In this document: positions 14,545-27,639 of the stretch, piece after piece | Layout of the letters: each line of letters opens with the position of its first letter | Numbering within the stretch: position 1 is the first letter of the stretch | Assembly: GCA_951406725.2 (NCBI GenBank) | Contig: OX597816.1 | Coordinates: 132,308,001-132,372,000 of the forward strand | From: Octopus vulgaris | Taxonomy: Eukaryota | DNA length: 64,000 bases | Direction of reading: 5' to 3' | Notes under the pieces: generated by a model | Seen by the model: the letters and a program-made list of their open reading frames with translations, nothing else | The model's database searches: none | What the model was told of the DNA's origin: nothing | Made by a program: the position numbers and the translations under genes

Positions 14545-15250
14545 ATATCAAAATTGTTGATCCAAGGCCAGCAATTTTAGGGGAGTTAATTGCTTATATC
14601 AACCCCAGTACTGGGCAACTACTTATTTTATCAACCCACCTTCGATAAAAGGCAAAGTTGACCCTAGCAGTATTCGAACTCAGAATGTAAGGAACCAAAA
14701 GAATTGTCACTATGCATTTAGTCCAACATGCTAGTGATTCTTGTTCTTTGCCTCCTTAACAATAGAAATTATAATGATAAAATATGGTTTCTGGTTTAGA
14801 TACAAGGCCAAGAGTTTCAAATGAAAATGACTTATCAATTCCATCGTCCCCACTACTTGACTGGTACTTTATTTTATCAACCCTGAAAGTATGAACAGCA
14901 AGTATGAACTTAGAATGTAAAGTGTAAGGAATAAATATTGCAAAGCACTTTTTTTTACATTAACCGATCCTGCCAGTTCACTGACTTACTATCATTGCTG
15001 CTGCTGCTACTACTACTACAAATGATAATGGTGTTGATAATAGTAATGGTTTCAAATTTAGGCAAAAGATCAGCAAAAGAAGAGAAGGGGTTAATCAAGA
15101 ACCATAAACTTCAGTACTTTACTAGTTCTTTTTAGGCCCCATAAGGATCAAAGGCACAATTGACCTCCACTGGATTTGAACTCAGAATGTACTAGAGATA
15201 CAGCAAAACAATTTTTTCTTATGCTCTAACAATTCTGCCAATACACAGTC
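14545..15250 (-). mobile_element. Three head-to-tail family A SINE copies
   Basis: Three successive modules CAAGGCCA...CAGTACT...TTATTTTATCAACC...GAACT(C/T)AGAATGTA...CTGCCA at about 14545-14760, 14785-14985 and 15045-15250, separated by short AAT/CTA repeats. Confidence 0.7.
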
Positions 15251-15556
15251 TTATTGCAACTACTACTATTACTACTACAACTTCTACTACGAATGATGAT
15301 GATGATGACTAGTAGGACATTCAAAAATTTCACATTTTATATAAATATTCTTATTTCTGTTATTGATGTATGAATTTATAGCCCTTTATAACATTGCTTC
15401 ATGATGTTAAGGACTTTGAATGTGTCTTAATTTCATTCCATAGTTAGATCTGTTTAAAGTGTAACATTGGACACATATTCCAACAAACAGACTACCATTA
15501 TTGGTTAGTTTTTGCTATGATTCTTCTCTTCAGCTGGAATAGGTTGATTGGCTTTA

Positions 15557-15892
15557 TCTCTCTCTCTATATATATATATAAGCAGCAAAATGTCTGTCTG
15601 TGTGTGTATCCTTTATACAAATCCACAATTTTTCAGTTAGAGGGCTCGCACTTTCTATGGTCATTCAAAACCGTCCAAGGGTGGTCGTGCACATCTTTAC
15701 ATTTCCACAGTCACCCCGCAAAGCCATTAAAAAAACCATAGAAGTGACTTTTTTGTGAATTTTCTATCCAAAATCTAATCAAAATGCCTGAAACTTGATA
15801 CGCCAATTAAATGCCAGCTAGCTCTTTGTGATTGGTCGGAGATTTGGACAGTACTCACACTATGACCCAGCAATGCCGGGTCATAGTGCTAG
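15557..15892 (+). mobile_element. Non-autonomous Helitron (336 bp)
   Basis: Starts TC after host A (15556) and ends CTAG (15889-92) before host T. Subterminal hairpin CACTATGACCC-agcaatgcc-GGGTCATAGTG at 15858-15888. No TSD, and CpGs are retained. These are all canonical Helitron hallmarks. Confidence 0.9.
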
Positions 15893-18164
15893 TAGTAAAT
15901 AAAACATTTTACTGTTTTTCTTGATTCTGAATCCTCTCATTTTGTGAGGCTCACCATTTTCAGTACAGATGTCACATCTTCCTGTGCCTTATTTGGTCTG
16001 CCTGAGCTACAAGTTATGATCAGCTTGCTGTTTGTAACACTGCAAAACTTACATGAACCAGTGCCATGAAAAGACTGAGTAGTTAATACTTGTGGTATTG
16101 TCTTCGACCTAAGATTGAATTGTGTAAAGATGGGTATATGTATCAGTTGATTTGGGCCAACATATTACTGATACACCTCCAAAATCTATCTAGTCATGAT
16201 ATAGACTTGGAATTGTGAAAGCCAAAATTAAGAGCAACAAATCCTTCTGACGTGGCCCTGTGCTATTTGTGATAATAAAATTATTGTAATATTTCTATCT
16301 TGTATAATAATTGCACCAATTATTGGCAATTCTTTTGTCATTCCATATTTTTTTTGTTTGTTTTTCAATCTTCTCTTTCGCCTCACCAAATCGATTTTAT
16401 TCATGTATTGGTAAATATTGTAGTAATACTGTTTGGAGCAATGATTTCCAACACAAAGCTTTATAGAGAAATTTTTAAAACACATATCTGAAAAACAGGA
16501 TCAGGACTCTAATACCAATATTATATTCATTATGGGTTTATGTCTGCTTTCCATGTTGGCATTGGTTGAATGGATCCATCACATTCCAAGTCAATTCTTA
16601 GACATCTCACTCACATGTTCCTTTTCTGGCATGGTTTCTGTGGTTGGATATCTTTCCCTATGACCAATCACTTTACAGAGTGTATTGGATGCATTTTATG
16701 TGGTGATATTTAGCTTGATTTACAATTGATTGTTATTGTCTAGCCCTGATTTAACCCTAATTGAGCAGGCTTGTGGCCAAAGTTATAATATCTATAACCA
16801 CCACACTATTATTATTATTATTTAGTGTAGGACATATTTAAGTAGCAATAGAAGAGATGGTAGGAGGGCAAATACAACCATATCAGTGCGGTAGCGGTCA
16901 TTGTATATTTAGAAGTAAAAGTTGACTAACCAGACCAAATAGAAATTTCTATAGATACAGTCTATATGCAAGCGCTCAAGATAGGGTGGATTCATTCAAA
17001 TTCTACCCCAAAATATTGCTAGTGCACATCTTACCAGTCTTGGCCACATAAAGTACTCTGAGCTTGGAATCATAATGCAATCATACCTGTAGTTTGTTTA
17101 CCAAATTTTTGTATCAGCAGTAAAGATTGGATAATAAGGTGTATAGTGTTCGTGGTTATATGCAGGTGTGCTGACATAAACACATGCACATCAGGCTCAA
17201 AATGTTGATTTATTTGTATGTATGTTTCAGCAACCAATTGTTTTCAAAGATATTCTTCATACAAAGCTAAAATATAAATAGCCATGAAATGCTTTTTTCT
17301 TTGTTTCTTTTTTTTTTGCTTTATTTTTTCCATTTTTATTTTATATTTACATCAGGTTCAGCACTATTCTGATATTTTAATGAGTTCTTTTTATGAGTGC
17401 AGTTGGCCTTAGCCCTCTATTACTATAGTAACATAGGCCTACTACACTCAACTGTAGTATGCTGTAGTGTGCTTTTATGCTTGCTACACTTAATTGTAAC
17501 TCGTTGAAGTATATTTTATTTGCTCTACTCAGCTGTGGCTTGATGTGACAGACCTATGTTTTTGTAACAAAATTGTTGCTATAGTCTGAACTATTTTATG
17601 ATCAAGGCCTGCTCAACTTGATCGCTGTAGATGTGCAGGTTTACTATACTTGACATATAAAAGACTAAATGACCATGCAACAGAAATACTGTACATGCTT
17701 AGGTAATATATGGCAAGCTATGTTGCACTTAATTCTTGGAATACATTAGAAACTGTTTTATGATTTGAAGGCTCTAGAAACTGCTTATTAAGAAATATCC
17801 AAGAAAACATAGGTAGAGAATAGCAATGGAGTCAGTGTGGCATCATTCAAGGTGACTTATTTTCTCCTCATTGCTCTGATCCATCTGAACACAGTGCTTC
17901 AGAAAAGATTGCCAATTGAAAAAGAAAAAAAAGAAATGGGACACAACCTTAATTGTCTCTTCTTTAATGGTGATCTTTAAAAAAAAAAATAATTATAATT
18001 TGTGTTGATATCTTTTGAAAAATGTCACAGAACTATTCAAGTTTTGTGATTTGAGTTTGTTGAAGTTGTAAAATTATAAGTAAATGTATGTGAAAAATGT
18101 AACTTGAATCCATTAAAAGTTTTAATACTGTTGGTTATTGAATCATATATCTATTATACACACA

Positions 18165-18469
18165 CAATGGAACCTCATTTTACAAATTTAATCTGTTCCT
18201 GATGGCCAGTCATCACCAGGAATAGTTGTAAGCCAAAACTATTTTGTGTAAAAGTAATTCAAGAAAAGGCACAATGACTTCGAGCAGGGATGTGCACTGT
18301 GCTAAAGTTAGACAGCAACTGACACTCTCTCACTGATAACTTCCAGCTTCTCACCAACCATTGTTGCCAGCTTGCATGTTTGTTACTTGAAACACTGTTC
18401 ATCACCCGAGATGTTTTATGCTCAAAAAATTGTTTGTGATGAGAGCATTTGTAAACTGAGTTTCCACTG
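18165..18469. mobile_element. pogo/Tigger-like MITE
   Basis: 23-bp imperfect TIRs: CAATGGAACCTCATTTTACAAAT versus reverse complement of the right end CAGTGGAAACTCAGTTTACAAAT (3 mismatches). Confidence 0.75.
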
Positions 18470-18832
18470 TGTGTGTTCTTAAAACAGTATTCTCCAAATT
18501 AGGATGTGTATCAGGGTGTATTCCACAACACAGTCTAATATTGCTTTTGTTGTATGATAGAAAACTGTCTTTGGATTTCTTTATTTTGCATTCAAGCCTT
18601 ACTCATCAACATACCACCATACCATAATCATTATCATTTTCACTCTCATCAGCATCCCCATCACCACATTCCCTTTTCATTATCCATTACCAATCTCATC
18701 CTCACCACCATTCCTATCTTCATTACCAACATAAAAAAAATTATCATCGTGAATTATGTTTGCATGTTCCTGTCTGTAGTAAATTAATTATAGGATATTT
18801 TCTGACCTTGTCTTTTTTCTTTTTTCTTGTAG

Positions 18833-18959
18833 GGAGATTCCAGTGAATACTAGGCCTGTGATGAGTTCAAAAAATGGAACTAAAGCCCCCCTCTGTAAAG
18901 TCTGCGGGGATGAGTCATCGGGCTTCCATTATGGAGTTGATTCCTGTGAAGGATGTAAG
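18833..18959 (+). CDS. Nuclear receptor (NR1 subfamily) exon encoding the first zinc finger
   Basis: Polypyrimidine tract plus AG at 18831-32. Frame from 18834 reads [42 protein letters not shown], with an in-frame ATG at 18861. GT donor at 18960 is phase 0 right after CEGCK, the conserved NR1 intron position. This exon is not in the ORF track. Confidence 0.95.
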
Positions 18960-19224
18960 GTAGGAAGTTCGGTTTATATTTTTATGGGTTTTTTTTTCTT
19001 TATTTATAATACATAGAAAAGGGGTAAAAAAAATAATTCCATATATATTCTTAAATACCCTTTTACTAGTTTCAGGTTTTAGCTGGTCATGCTGGTCATG
19101 CTGGGGTGCCAACATCTAAACATATATATATGAGTAAAGGCATGGAAATGAGTGAAGCTAAGAGTAGCTTCCAATTCAAATGAATGAATATATAGTAGCA
19201 TTTCAAAATAAAGCACAAATATAT

Positions 19225-19421
19225 TGGTTTATAATTTTGGCAGAAGGCCAGCTGTTTCAGGAGAGGGGATAAGTTGATTACAGCAATCACAGTGTTCAAC
19301 TGGTACTTATTTAAGCGACCCTAAAGATGAAAGACAAAGTAGACCTTGGCTGAATTTGAAGTCAGTACATGGAAACAGATGAAATGCCACTCAGCATTTC
19401 ATTCTGCCAGCTTGCCACCTT
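19225..19421 (-). mobile_element. Family A SINE
   Basis: TTTGGCAGAAGGCCAGC...CAACTGGTACTTATTT...GATGAAAGACAAAGTAGACCTTGGCTGAATTTGAA...TTCTGCCAGCTTGCCACCTT. Confidence 0.75.
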
Positions 19422-19955
19422 AAACACAAGTAAATATGATAGTATATTTATGATGCATTTTTATTTAAATAGGTATCGTGACACTAATACTATAGATCAT
19501 CATCATCATCATTTAATGTCTGTTTTCTATGTAAGCATGGGTTGGACAGTTTGGCAGGATCTGACCAGCAGGATCAGGTCCCACATGGTTTTTGTAGCTG
19601 GGTACTCTTCCTAATGCCTACCACTTCACAGTGTGTACTGGGTACTTTTTCCATGACACTGCTATGAAAAGAAAGGAAAAGGGAAAAGCTGCCTTGATTG
19701 AGTTGAAGTGTATTTAAAGGAGGGTAAGGTAGATTTAGGCTAGGAGTGGTGTTGATGGCTAAAGTATGATAGAGAGACGAGCACAGGTGTCTTGCTATAG
19801 AGGTGACACATGGATACCGTGTATTTATGTAAAGGTAAGTGAAGGGAGATAAAGATATTGGTAACTAGGTGCCAGATATTACTCTCCAGGTACAAGAAGA
19901 TGAATATAAGGAGAATATAAACAGTGGTGAATCAGAAGGAAAGGAGAGGATGGAT

Positions 19956-19989
<34 letters not shown>

Positions 19990-20547
19990 CATCATCATCG
20001 TCATTTAACATCCACTTTCCATACTGGCATAGGTTGAATGGTTTGACCAGAGCTGGTAAGCAGGAGAGCTGCGCCAGCTTCGGGTCTGATTTGGCTTGGT
20101 TTCTGTAGCTGGATGGTTTTTTTTACTTGGCACTGGCACAGGTGCTACATAACGTAGTGCCATCAGGTGAATTACTAGAATTAGCAGGCTGTTGGATAAA
20201 GCACCTTGTTATGCTTGGTTTTGTTGCTTTATGTTCTCAGTTCAAATCCAACTCCATCCCACTTTGCTTTTCATCCTTCTGGGGTTGATAAAGTAAACAC
20301 CAAGTGATAAAATAAGTGCTGAAGTTGATGTAACTGACTATAGTATAGTAGGCAGCAAGTAACCCAGCTTAGCCTCAGGTCAATGACTGAAAGTAGTGAA
20401 AGTATGTACTGTGTGTGTGTGTGCGCGCACGCTATTAAACTTTATAAACACAAATTTGAGACAGAAAAGAGTAACAAGCTGAATGATAGGTCTCAAGCCA
20501 TCTATCTTTCAGTAGATGCCTAGGCCCATAAAAACTTATTTTTATAA

Positions 20548-20548
<1 letters not shown>

Positions 20549-20638
<90 letters not shown>

Positions 20639-20644
20639 CTCTCT
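20549..20644. repeat. (CT)n microsatellite
   Basis: More than 40 CT units. Similar tracts lie at about 25200, 48525-48600, 48915-48955 and 62648-62682. Confidence 0.97.
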
Positions 20645-21442
20645 TGTTCTCTTGTTGTTCTCATTTATCTTTTATTTACAGTTAATTGTTTTTGTATCAT
20701 ATCACTTTATACCAAAGTAGTTTTCCTCTCACTTTTTCTTCCTTTTCTCTCTCCCTTTCTCTTGCCTCCACCTCTTTTCCCTGTATCTTTCTCCCCTAAC
20801 TCTTCCTGCCACCTCACTCTGTACTTTTGACCATTTACATCTTAATCCGTAATTTTATACATTAACTGAACTGACATTTTCTAATCTGATTCATTACATT
20901 TTAGATTAAAATTACATTGTTGCCATTTTTGTTGTTGTGCTGAGGAATGCAAGATGAGTGGCAAAAAAACACTAGAATGCCAAAACACATAGATCAAAAT
21001 AGTTAAGCCACTTCGCATTGTGAGTTCAATTCCCAGTCCATTCTACTTAGCATTCCATTTTGTAAAATTGATATTGTAGGCACAAGAAATACAAGATGGG
21101 GAAGAGAGGAATGGCCAGCAATCAGTTCATATCAACTGTATCCTTACTCTGAATTAAAGTGTGACTTTATTCCAATGGAAGAAGTTGTTGCTGCTGCAAT
21201 TAAGTGACAGAATCAATAACAAGACCTTGTCTTACAGTGATATCTAAGTTGCTTCATGCTCTGAGTGCAAAAACGTCCTGGCTAAGCTTTTCCCTTACTT
21301 ACTTTAACCCTGTGGTATCCTAATCAGCCTTATCCGGCCCAGATATTCTACCTGTTTTATGTTCAAACTGACCAGATCAGGCCTCTCACACTTACCTAAC
21401 AAGGTCATTCTAAAAATAGACAATCACAAAGCTACAAAATAA

Positions 21443-21748
21443 CTGGCACTCTGTCAGTTACAACAACAAGAGTTCCAGTTGATCCAATTGACGGAACAGC
21501 CTGTTTGTGAAATTAATGTGCAAGTGACTGAGCACTCTAGAGACATGTTCTCAGAGAGATTCAGCATAACACAGAATGTGACAATGCTGGCCCTTTGAAA
21601 TACAGGTACTACTCATTTTTGCCAGTTGAGTGAACTGGAGCAACATGAAATAAAGTATCTTGCTCAAGAATACATGTCACCAGGGATTGAACTCACAACC
21701 TTACAATTGTGAATCAAATACCCTAACCACTAAGCCATGTGCCTTCAT
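21443..21748 (-). mobile_element. tRNA-derived SINE (family D, Meta/V-type core) with 12-bp TSD
   Basis: Minus head GAAGGCACATGGCTTAGTGGTTAGGG (A box)...GAGTTCAATCCC (B box)...CTTGAGCAAGATACTTTATTTC. Flanked by GCTACAAAATAA at 21431-42 and 21749-60. Confidence 0.9.
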
Positions 21749-21769
21749 GCTACAAAATAATGTATGATA

Positions 21770-22133
21770 AATTGAGCACTCAGAGAGTGCAAACTGCCAC
21801 CAAGGCATCACCAATGTCCTCTCAACGATTAGCCAGAGATGATTTTTAAAATATCTGAAATAAACTTGACTCTTCTCACAAACAAGAATACTAAAAATGA
21901 ACCCAACTGCTCTCAAAAATTAAGTAAAAACACAGGAAAAATAATTCAAAATTCTTGTCTAGTGCCTGATCAATCCCAAAATCTAATCAGTTCATGCCAG
22001 TCATGAAGCCAAACATCCCTGAAAGTTTCATCGAAATCCATTTAGCAGTTCTTGTGATATCTTGTCCACAGACAAACAAACAAACAAACATGACTGAAAA
22101 CAATACCTCTGCCTTTGCTAAGGTGGAGGTAAT
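21770..22133 (-). mobile_element. Non-autonomous Helentron / DINE-1-like element (HINE)
   Basis: Minus strand begins ATTACCTCCACCTTAGCAAAGGCAGAGGT (terminal stem-loop), then (GTTT)n, and ends GCACTCTCTGAGTGCTC (hairpin). A second copy lies at 59531-59880. Confidence 0.85.
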
Positions 22134-23732
22134 AAATAAATATTACGTTTTATATAAAGTAATCTAAATGCTAAAGGATTAAAGCTACTAAAATTATAAC
22201 CAGTGAAATACTAGTTCCTCTAATTGGCTATACCATCATCATAACACTTTTAACATCCACTTTTTCCTTGTTTGCATAAGTTAGATGGAATTCATAAGAT
22301 TTTCTATGACCAGGTACCCTTCTTACCCAACCCTCATCTGTCCGAAATGAAGTAGATTTTCTCTATGACCAAACATGTTTTTATGGAAGATTGGAGAATG
22401 AAAGACACCACCAGTATGATGGTGGTGCTTATTTGCAACTGTTATGTGATAAACAAAATAGGCTTCTTCCAATTTCCTTCTACCAGATCTCACATGGCTT
22501 TGGTTATCTGTGACTATTGTAGAGGGGCCACACAGTTGGATTGAACCCAATGCGATGTGTTTAGGAAGTAAACATCATAGCCTTCTACTAAAGAAGGCTG
22601 GAGTTTTAATATTAAGATACACAATCAGTATTTATCACTATCCAGGCTAGAACCTTTGCCATTACTACTGTCATACTATGCACCACTGTGCTGTGCATGT
22701 TGTCTTCAAAATCAGCTTTGGTCTAGGTTAGAAATTGTATTACCACAAAAATTTGTATCACTAGGTGCTTCTTTACACCATTCCCTTGTGCAGCTGTTAG
22801 ATATGGCCAATGAGAGTGGCAGACTTACAAATACTGGAACAATTTGCTCACTCTTACGATTGCCAAATGCTCTGGTATCAAACTTCAAAGTTCATCTGCA
22901 CAAAAAGCATCTCAATTGGTTCGGTCACACACTCCATCATCCACAAGATGAACTTGTCCTTGCACCAGAACTTATACAGGGACAGTGTAAACCATTATTA
23001 GGTGGACAGTCAATTTTTGAATCTAGCTAGTCATTGTGCATACACTCATAACTAGTTGATGATTGCTATGTGATCACCAGGCACAATTAACTTCAATTTG
23101 TGGTGATACTGTGAATTCATTGTTTCAGGTCTGGTCAACTCATTCTGGGGAAAGATACAAGCACAGGTACTATTGTGAAGGCTATCACAGTAGATTCTAA
23201 GTGATTAGATGTAGCAGTCTGGATTTAATTTATGTTTGGAATTATTTCATAGCACAAATCTTCTGGGGAGAGGCATAAATGCCACCCCTTCCCATTTCTA
23301 TTTTTACCTATTTCTGACTTAGAATTAAAATGTCCAAGTGGATGATGTGTATGGGCATCTTCAGTACAAACTTGTTGTGTACCTAAATTAACTTTAAGTC
23401 TGTCCACCTGGTTGTGAATGTTACTTGTTATAGGTTAGCATGCTATCCCTGGGAATTTTCCCTGCATCAGCTTAATGCTCCATGGAGGCAGCTAATTATA
23501 TACTATTTTAAAAGTTGTTAGAAAACTATGAGAAGCAACCACGTATTTACATTTAGTTCTGATTCCATGTTTTCTGTTGTATGATTTTACAAAATCCACC
23601 ATTAATGCAGAGGAATACATGCACATGTGCACACAACACACTTCCTGTCTACCAAATTTTGCTTGTGGCTATTGTAGAAGAAAGACATCAGTCAACAGTG
23701 TCTGTAGTATAATCAATGGGAACAAGCCCTAA

Positions 23733-23779
<47 letters not shown>

Positions 23780-24317
23780 TGACCTATAATAATTTCATTC
23801 ACCATTGACCTTACCTCATCCCCTGTTTGCCGTTCATTGCATTCATCTATATCTCCTCACACTGTCAAGAACTTACCACTCTTGTTTTTTCTGTCTCTAT
23901 CCCCCTCATTTGTGGGTATGGCCTTACACCTCATCATTACCACCTCTCTCTCTCCAGTTGGTTTAGCCATATATCTCCTCTACTGCAAAACACTTGTTTT
24001 TATCCCTTTATCATACACCTGGCATCTAGCTGTCTCTTTCAGTACTACACCATCACTCAGTTATAGAGTCTTGTGAGTTACTGAGTGACCTTAATAGTTC
24101 CAGTGACACAAAAAGCAGTTGGTACGCATCGTAAAGTGGTTGGCATTAGGAAAGGCATCCAGCTTTAGGAACCATGTCAAAGCAGACATTGGAGCATGAT
24201 TCAGTCCTCTTGCTTGTCAGATCCTGTCAAACCATCCAACCCTTGGCAGCATGGAGTATGGATGTTAAATGATGATGAGAGCAATATGTAATTAAAAAAA
24301 AAAATAACAACAATAAA

Positions 24318-24629
24318 AACTGGCAGTCCCTCAGTTACAATGATGAGGGTTCCAGTTGATCCAATCAACTGAACAGCCTGCTCATGAAATTAACATGCAA
24401 GTGGCCTAGCTCTTCACAGACACGCATACCCTTAACATAATTCTCAAGCAGATTCACCGTGACACAGAATATGGTAAGGCTGGCCCTTTGAAATACAGGT
24501 ACAACCCATTTTTGCTAGCAACATGAAATAAAGTGTCTAGCTCAAAAGCACAATGCACCACTGGAAATTAAATTCACGACCTAACAATTGTGAGTTGAAT
24601 ACCCGAACCACTAAGCCATGCGCCTTCAC
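24318..24629 (-). mobile_element. tRNA-derived SINE (family D), second copy
   Basis: Colinear with 21443-21748: AACTGGCA...GTTCCAGTTGATCCAAT...GCTGGCCCTTTGAAATACAGGTAC...AACCACTAAGCCATGCGCCTTCAC. Confidence 0.9.
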
Positions 24630-25197
24630 AAACGATATATATAAATACATACATGCACATTATTGCCCATTTACCAAATGAATTAATTTTTTTAAGATAG
24701 TTTCAAAAAAACTTCTACATTATTCAGTGTATCCATAGCAAAAATTAACTCCCATTACTTTAAGTATCTTTGTAAGAGGCAGCCATTAAATGGTATATTG
24801 ATGAAGAAATATTTTTTTAGGATTGCTTCTTCAGCAAGAAATTTGAAGTAATAGAAATGTAGACAGTCTTAATTATAACGTAATTGTATAATTACACAGC
24901 TAGACATATTGTTTACTCTTTGCTTTGTTCATACTATTACTTGAAAACACACACACCATCATCATTATCATCATCATTGCATTTTAACATCCACTTTTCC
25001 TAGCTGGCATGGATCTGGCCATAATTTTAGTGAAGCAGATTTTTCTACAGTTTGGGCATTTCCCCATGTCTAACAAACTAGGAGCAGCCCAGATATTTCT
25101 GAACAGAGGATTGCAAACAAATGAAACCATTTGTGTGAATGGTGATTCTCTGTTTACAATCTACATATACATGGACACAACATGGAGAATTCATACT

Positions 25198-25251
<54 letters not shown>

Positions 25252-26041
25252 TGCATATGATTGGCTTCTCCCCATTCATGTCCACCAAATTTCATTCACA
25301 AGGCATTGGTTAACTTGCAGCTGTAGTAGAAGACACTAGCCAACACCATCTGCACAATAGGTACAAACCTTAAACCACATACACACACATGTGTGTGTTT
25401 GTTAACAGTTATGTTTTTTTCTTTATGTTGTTTCATTTCTAGGACTGTAATTATATCATATATCTGTGTAAATAGGTAACAAGTTTTCCATTAAGATATG
25501 TTATATTGAAGAGAAAACATGACTAATGATTGTATTTATAGTGTGTTTGTGTTTGCATATGTATGTATGTTTATTACATCAAAAGTTAAGTCTACTCTGA
25601 GTTTTGCCTTCGGCTGGGCTGGGCTGTCAGTTTTTGATGTTATAAACATACATTTCTCTCCATGCTGCCCAACATATTGAGTTCAGTAGCAGATAATGTT
25701 TATACTATGTAAAATAAAAAAAGTCTATTTTTTAATATAATTTACAACTCGTACATTATGATGTGTGCGTGTATGTATGCATGTATGTGTGTATACATTG
25801 CGTACATACATATGTAGGTATGTGTATGTATGTGTACATTGTGGCCAAATGATTAGCAACTAAATCACCGCACCTATCCAGTTTATATGGGGAGGAGTAC
25901 TTCACAGGATTAAAAACAAAATCTGGAGAGGAGATAGGCACCACCAGTTCAGCTGCCTATTGAAATACACACTGTTGTGCATCTACAACTCCTTCAGGCT
26001 ATGGATTTAGGTTAAATGAATAATGTGTGTTTGTGTGTGTG

Positions 26042-26071
<30 letters not shown>

Positions 26072-26075
<4 letters not shown>

Positions 26076-26280
26076 CTGTGCCGGTTTGGTCATGTGGTGG
26101 GTGTGGATGAGGACAGCTGCATAAAGAAGTGCTGAGCTCTGGTTGTGGAAAGAAGCTATGGAAGGGGTATACCCAAGGAGACGTGGGACGAAGTGGTGAG
26201 AAAAAGGGTCTTCAGTCACTAGGCCTCACTGAGGAAATGGACAAGGGACAGGGAGATGTGATATGCTGTATTTGAAAAGA
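26072..26280 (+). mobile_element. RTE-clade LINE remnant (post-RT C-terminus, pseudogenised)
   Basis: Translates KLCRFGHVVGVDEDSCIKKC*ALVVERSYGRGIPKETWDEVVRK, matching the RTE motif RLRWFGHV...GRGRPxKTW. Confidence 0.8.
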
Positions 26281-27639
26281 TGTGTCGATCCTCAGGAAAA
26301 TCGCTGGCATCCATACCTACAGGCCCATCCTTTGCAGGTGCCGGTACCACATGAAATACACTTGTGCCAGTGCTGTGTAGATGCACCCATGCCAGTAACT
26401 TATGAAAGTCTTCCAGCTCATTCTATAGAGTGATTGGTGTTAGAAAGGGCATCCAGCTGTAGAGACCATATCACAACAGACAATTGGAATCTTGACAGCT
26501 CTCTGAGTGGCCAGCTACACTTTTCTAAAAATTCTAGTCACTGCATTGAGGTTCTTTTGATGGTGTGTGTGTGTGTGTAGGTAGGTTGTATGTGTGCAGA
26601 GTTCTGTACATATCTGTATTTTGATGCTGGCTATGATATCTGCTTGGTTTCTAAAATTAATTTTTCTCAAGTCGTTGACTCCACAAACACTCGCCCCTGT
26701 CCCCACTTCCATCTCATCCCCATAATACTATTAATCTTACTCTTACTTTATAATTCTTTCTGAGTGTTGAGTATGAAGTAAGTTGTCCTACATTAACATA
26801 CCTTTAGCAAGTGTTCCATGAACCACCAAGGAATGCCATGTTAACACAACATAGTGCTTACTTTCTCTCTCTCTCTCTTTAGCATCAGATAAATCATGTG
26901 ACTTACACAACATATGTTAGTCAAGACCTTACACTATTATCCTTCAAATAGGACAAAAAGTTAGCATACCACTCCTCCCTCCCCCACGAACACACAAGCA
27001 CACACACACACACACACACACTTTTCTTAACCGTTCTTTTTGCTGTCTTTGAAATTGTCAGTCAATGAATTTACCAATGGGTGCCACCAGCTGCTCTTCA
27101 GCATTTTTCTTTCTTCAATTATTCCCCAAACAGTATTCACATCTGTATGTTTATTTTCTTTATATACTTTTATTTTTCATTGCTGTTTTAACTGTAATTC
27201 TATTCTTAAGCCTAACCTTTGTGCTTAATTTTCTTTCTTTCTTTTTCTCCTTTCAATTATTTTGTGAAATTCTTCAAACTTTCAGTTGTGTTTAAGAATT
27301 AAGATATTTTGCGATGAAATGGCAAATTTTTAGGCAGCATCGGCGGCTACAACAGGAGCAGCAACTTTAAAGAATATTGCAAAATTGATCATAATTCACT
27401 CAGTTACATAATCCTTCCTTTCATAACTTCTATCTTTTACTCATTTGTCTTCAACTCTTATGTCAGTTTTTAGCTTTCTTATATCATGTGTGACAGTTAG
27501 TCAGAATCATGTACTGGGCACTTTTTTGTGGTATACATTCAGATATCCGGAAAGAATAGAAGATAGAATGTTGCATTGAGTTAGTGGTTGTAGTATTTTG
27601 ATGATTGAGGGTTTACCAATGAAGAAGATAGTCCCATAG

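Larger units (their letters stand above)
21304..22182 (-). mobile_element. piggyBac-like MITE (37890 family) split by a SINE and a Helentron
   Basis: Left part TTAACCC...GTTCAAACTGACCAGATCAGGCCTCTCACAC...GTCATTCTAAAAATA and right part ...AATGCTAAAGGATTAA correspond to the reverse complement of 37890-38103. Confidence 0.75.

Noticed and set aside
18915-19115. Minus-strand ORF overlapping the first zinc-finger exon
   Set aside because: Antisense shadow running through a SINE tail and a low-complexity intron start.
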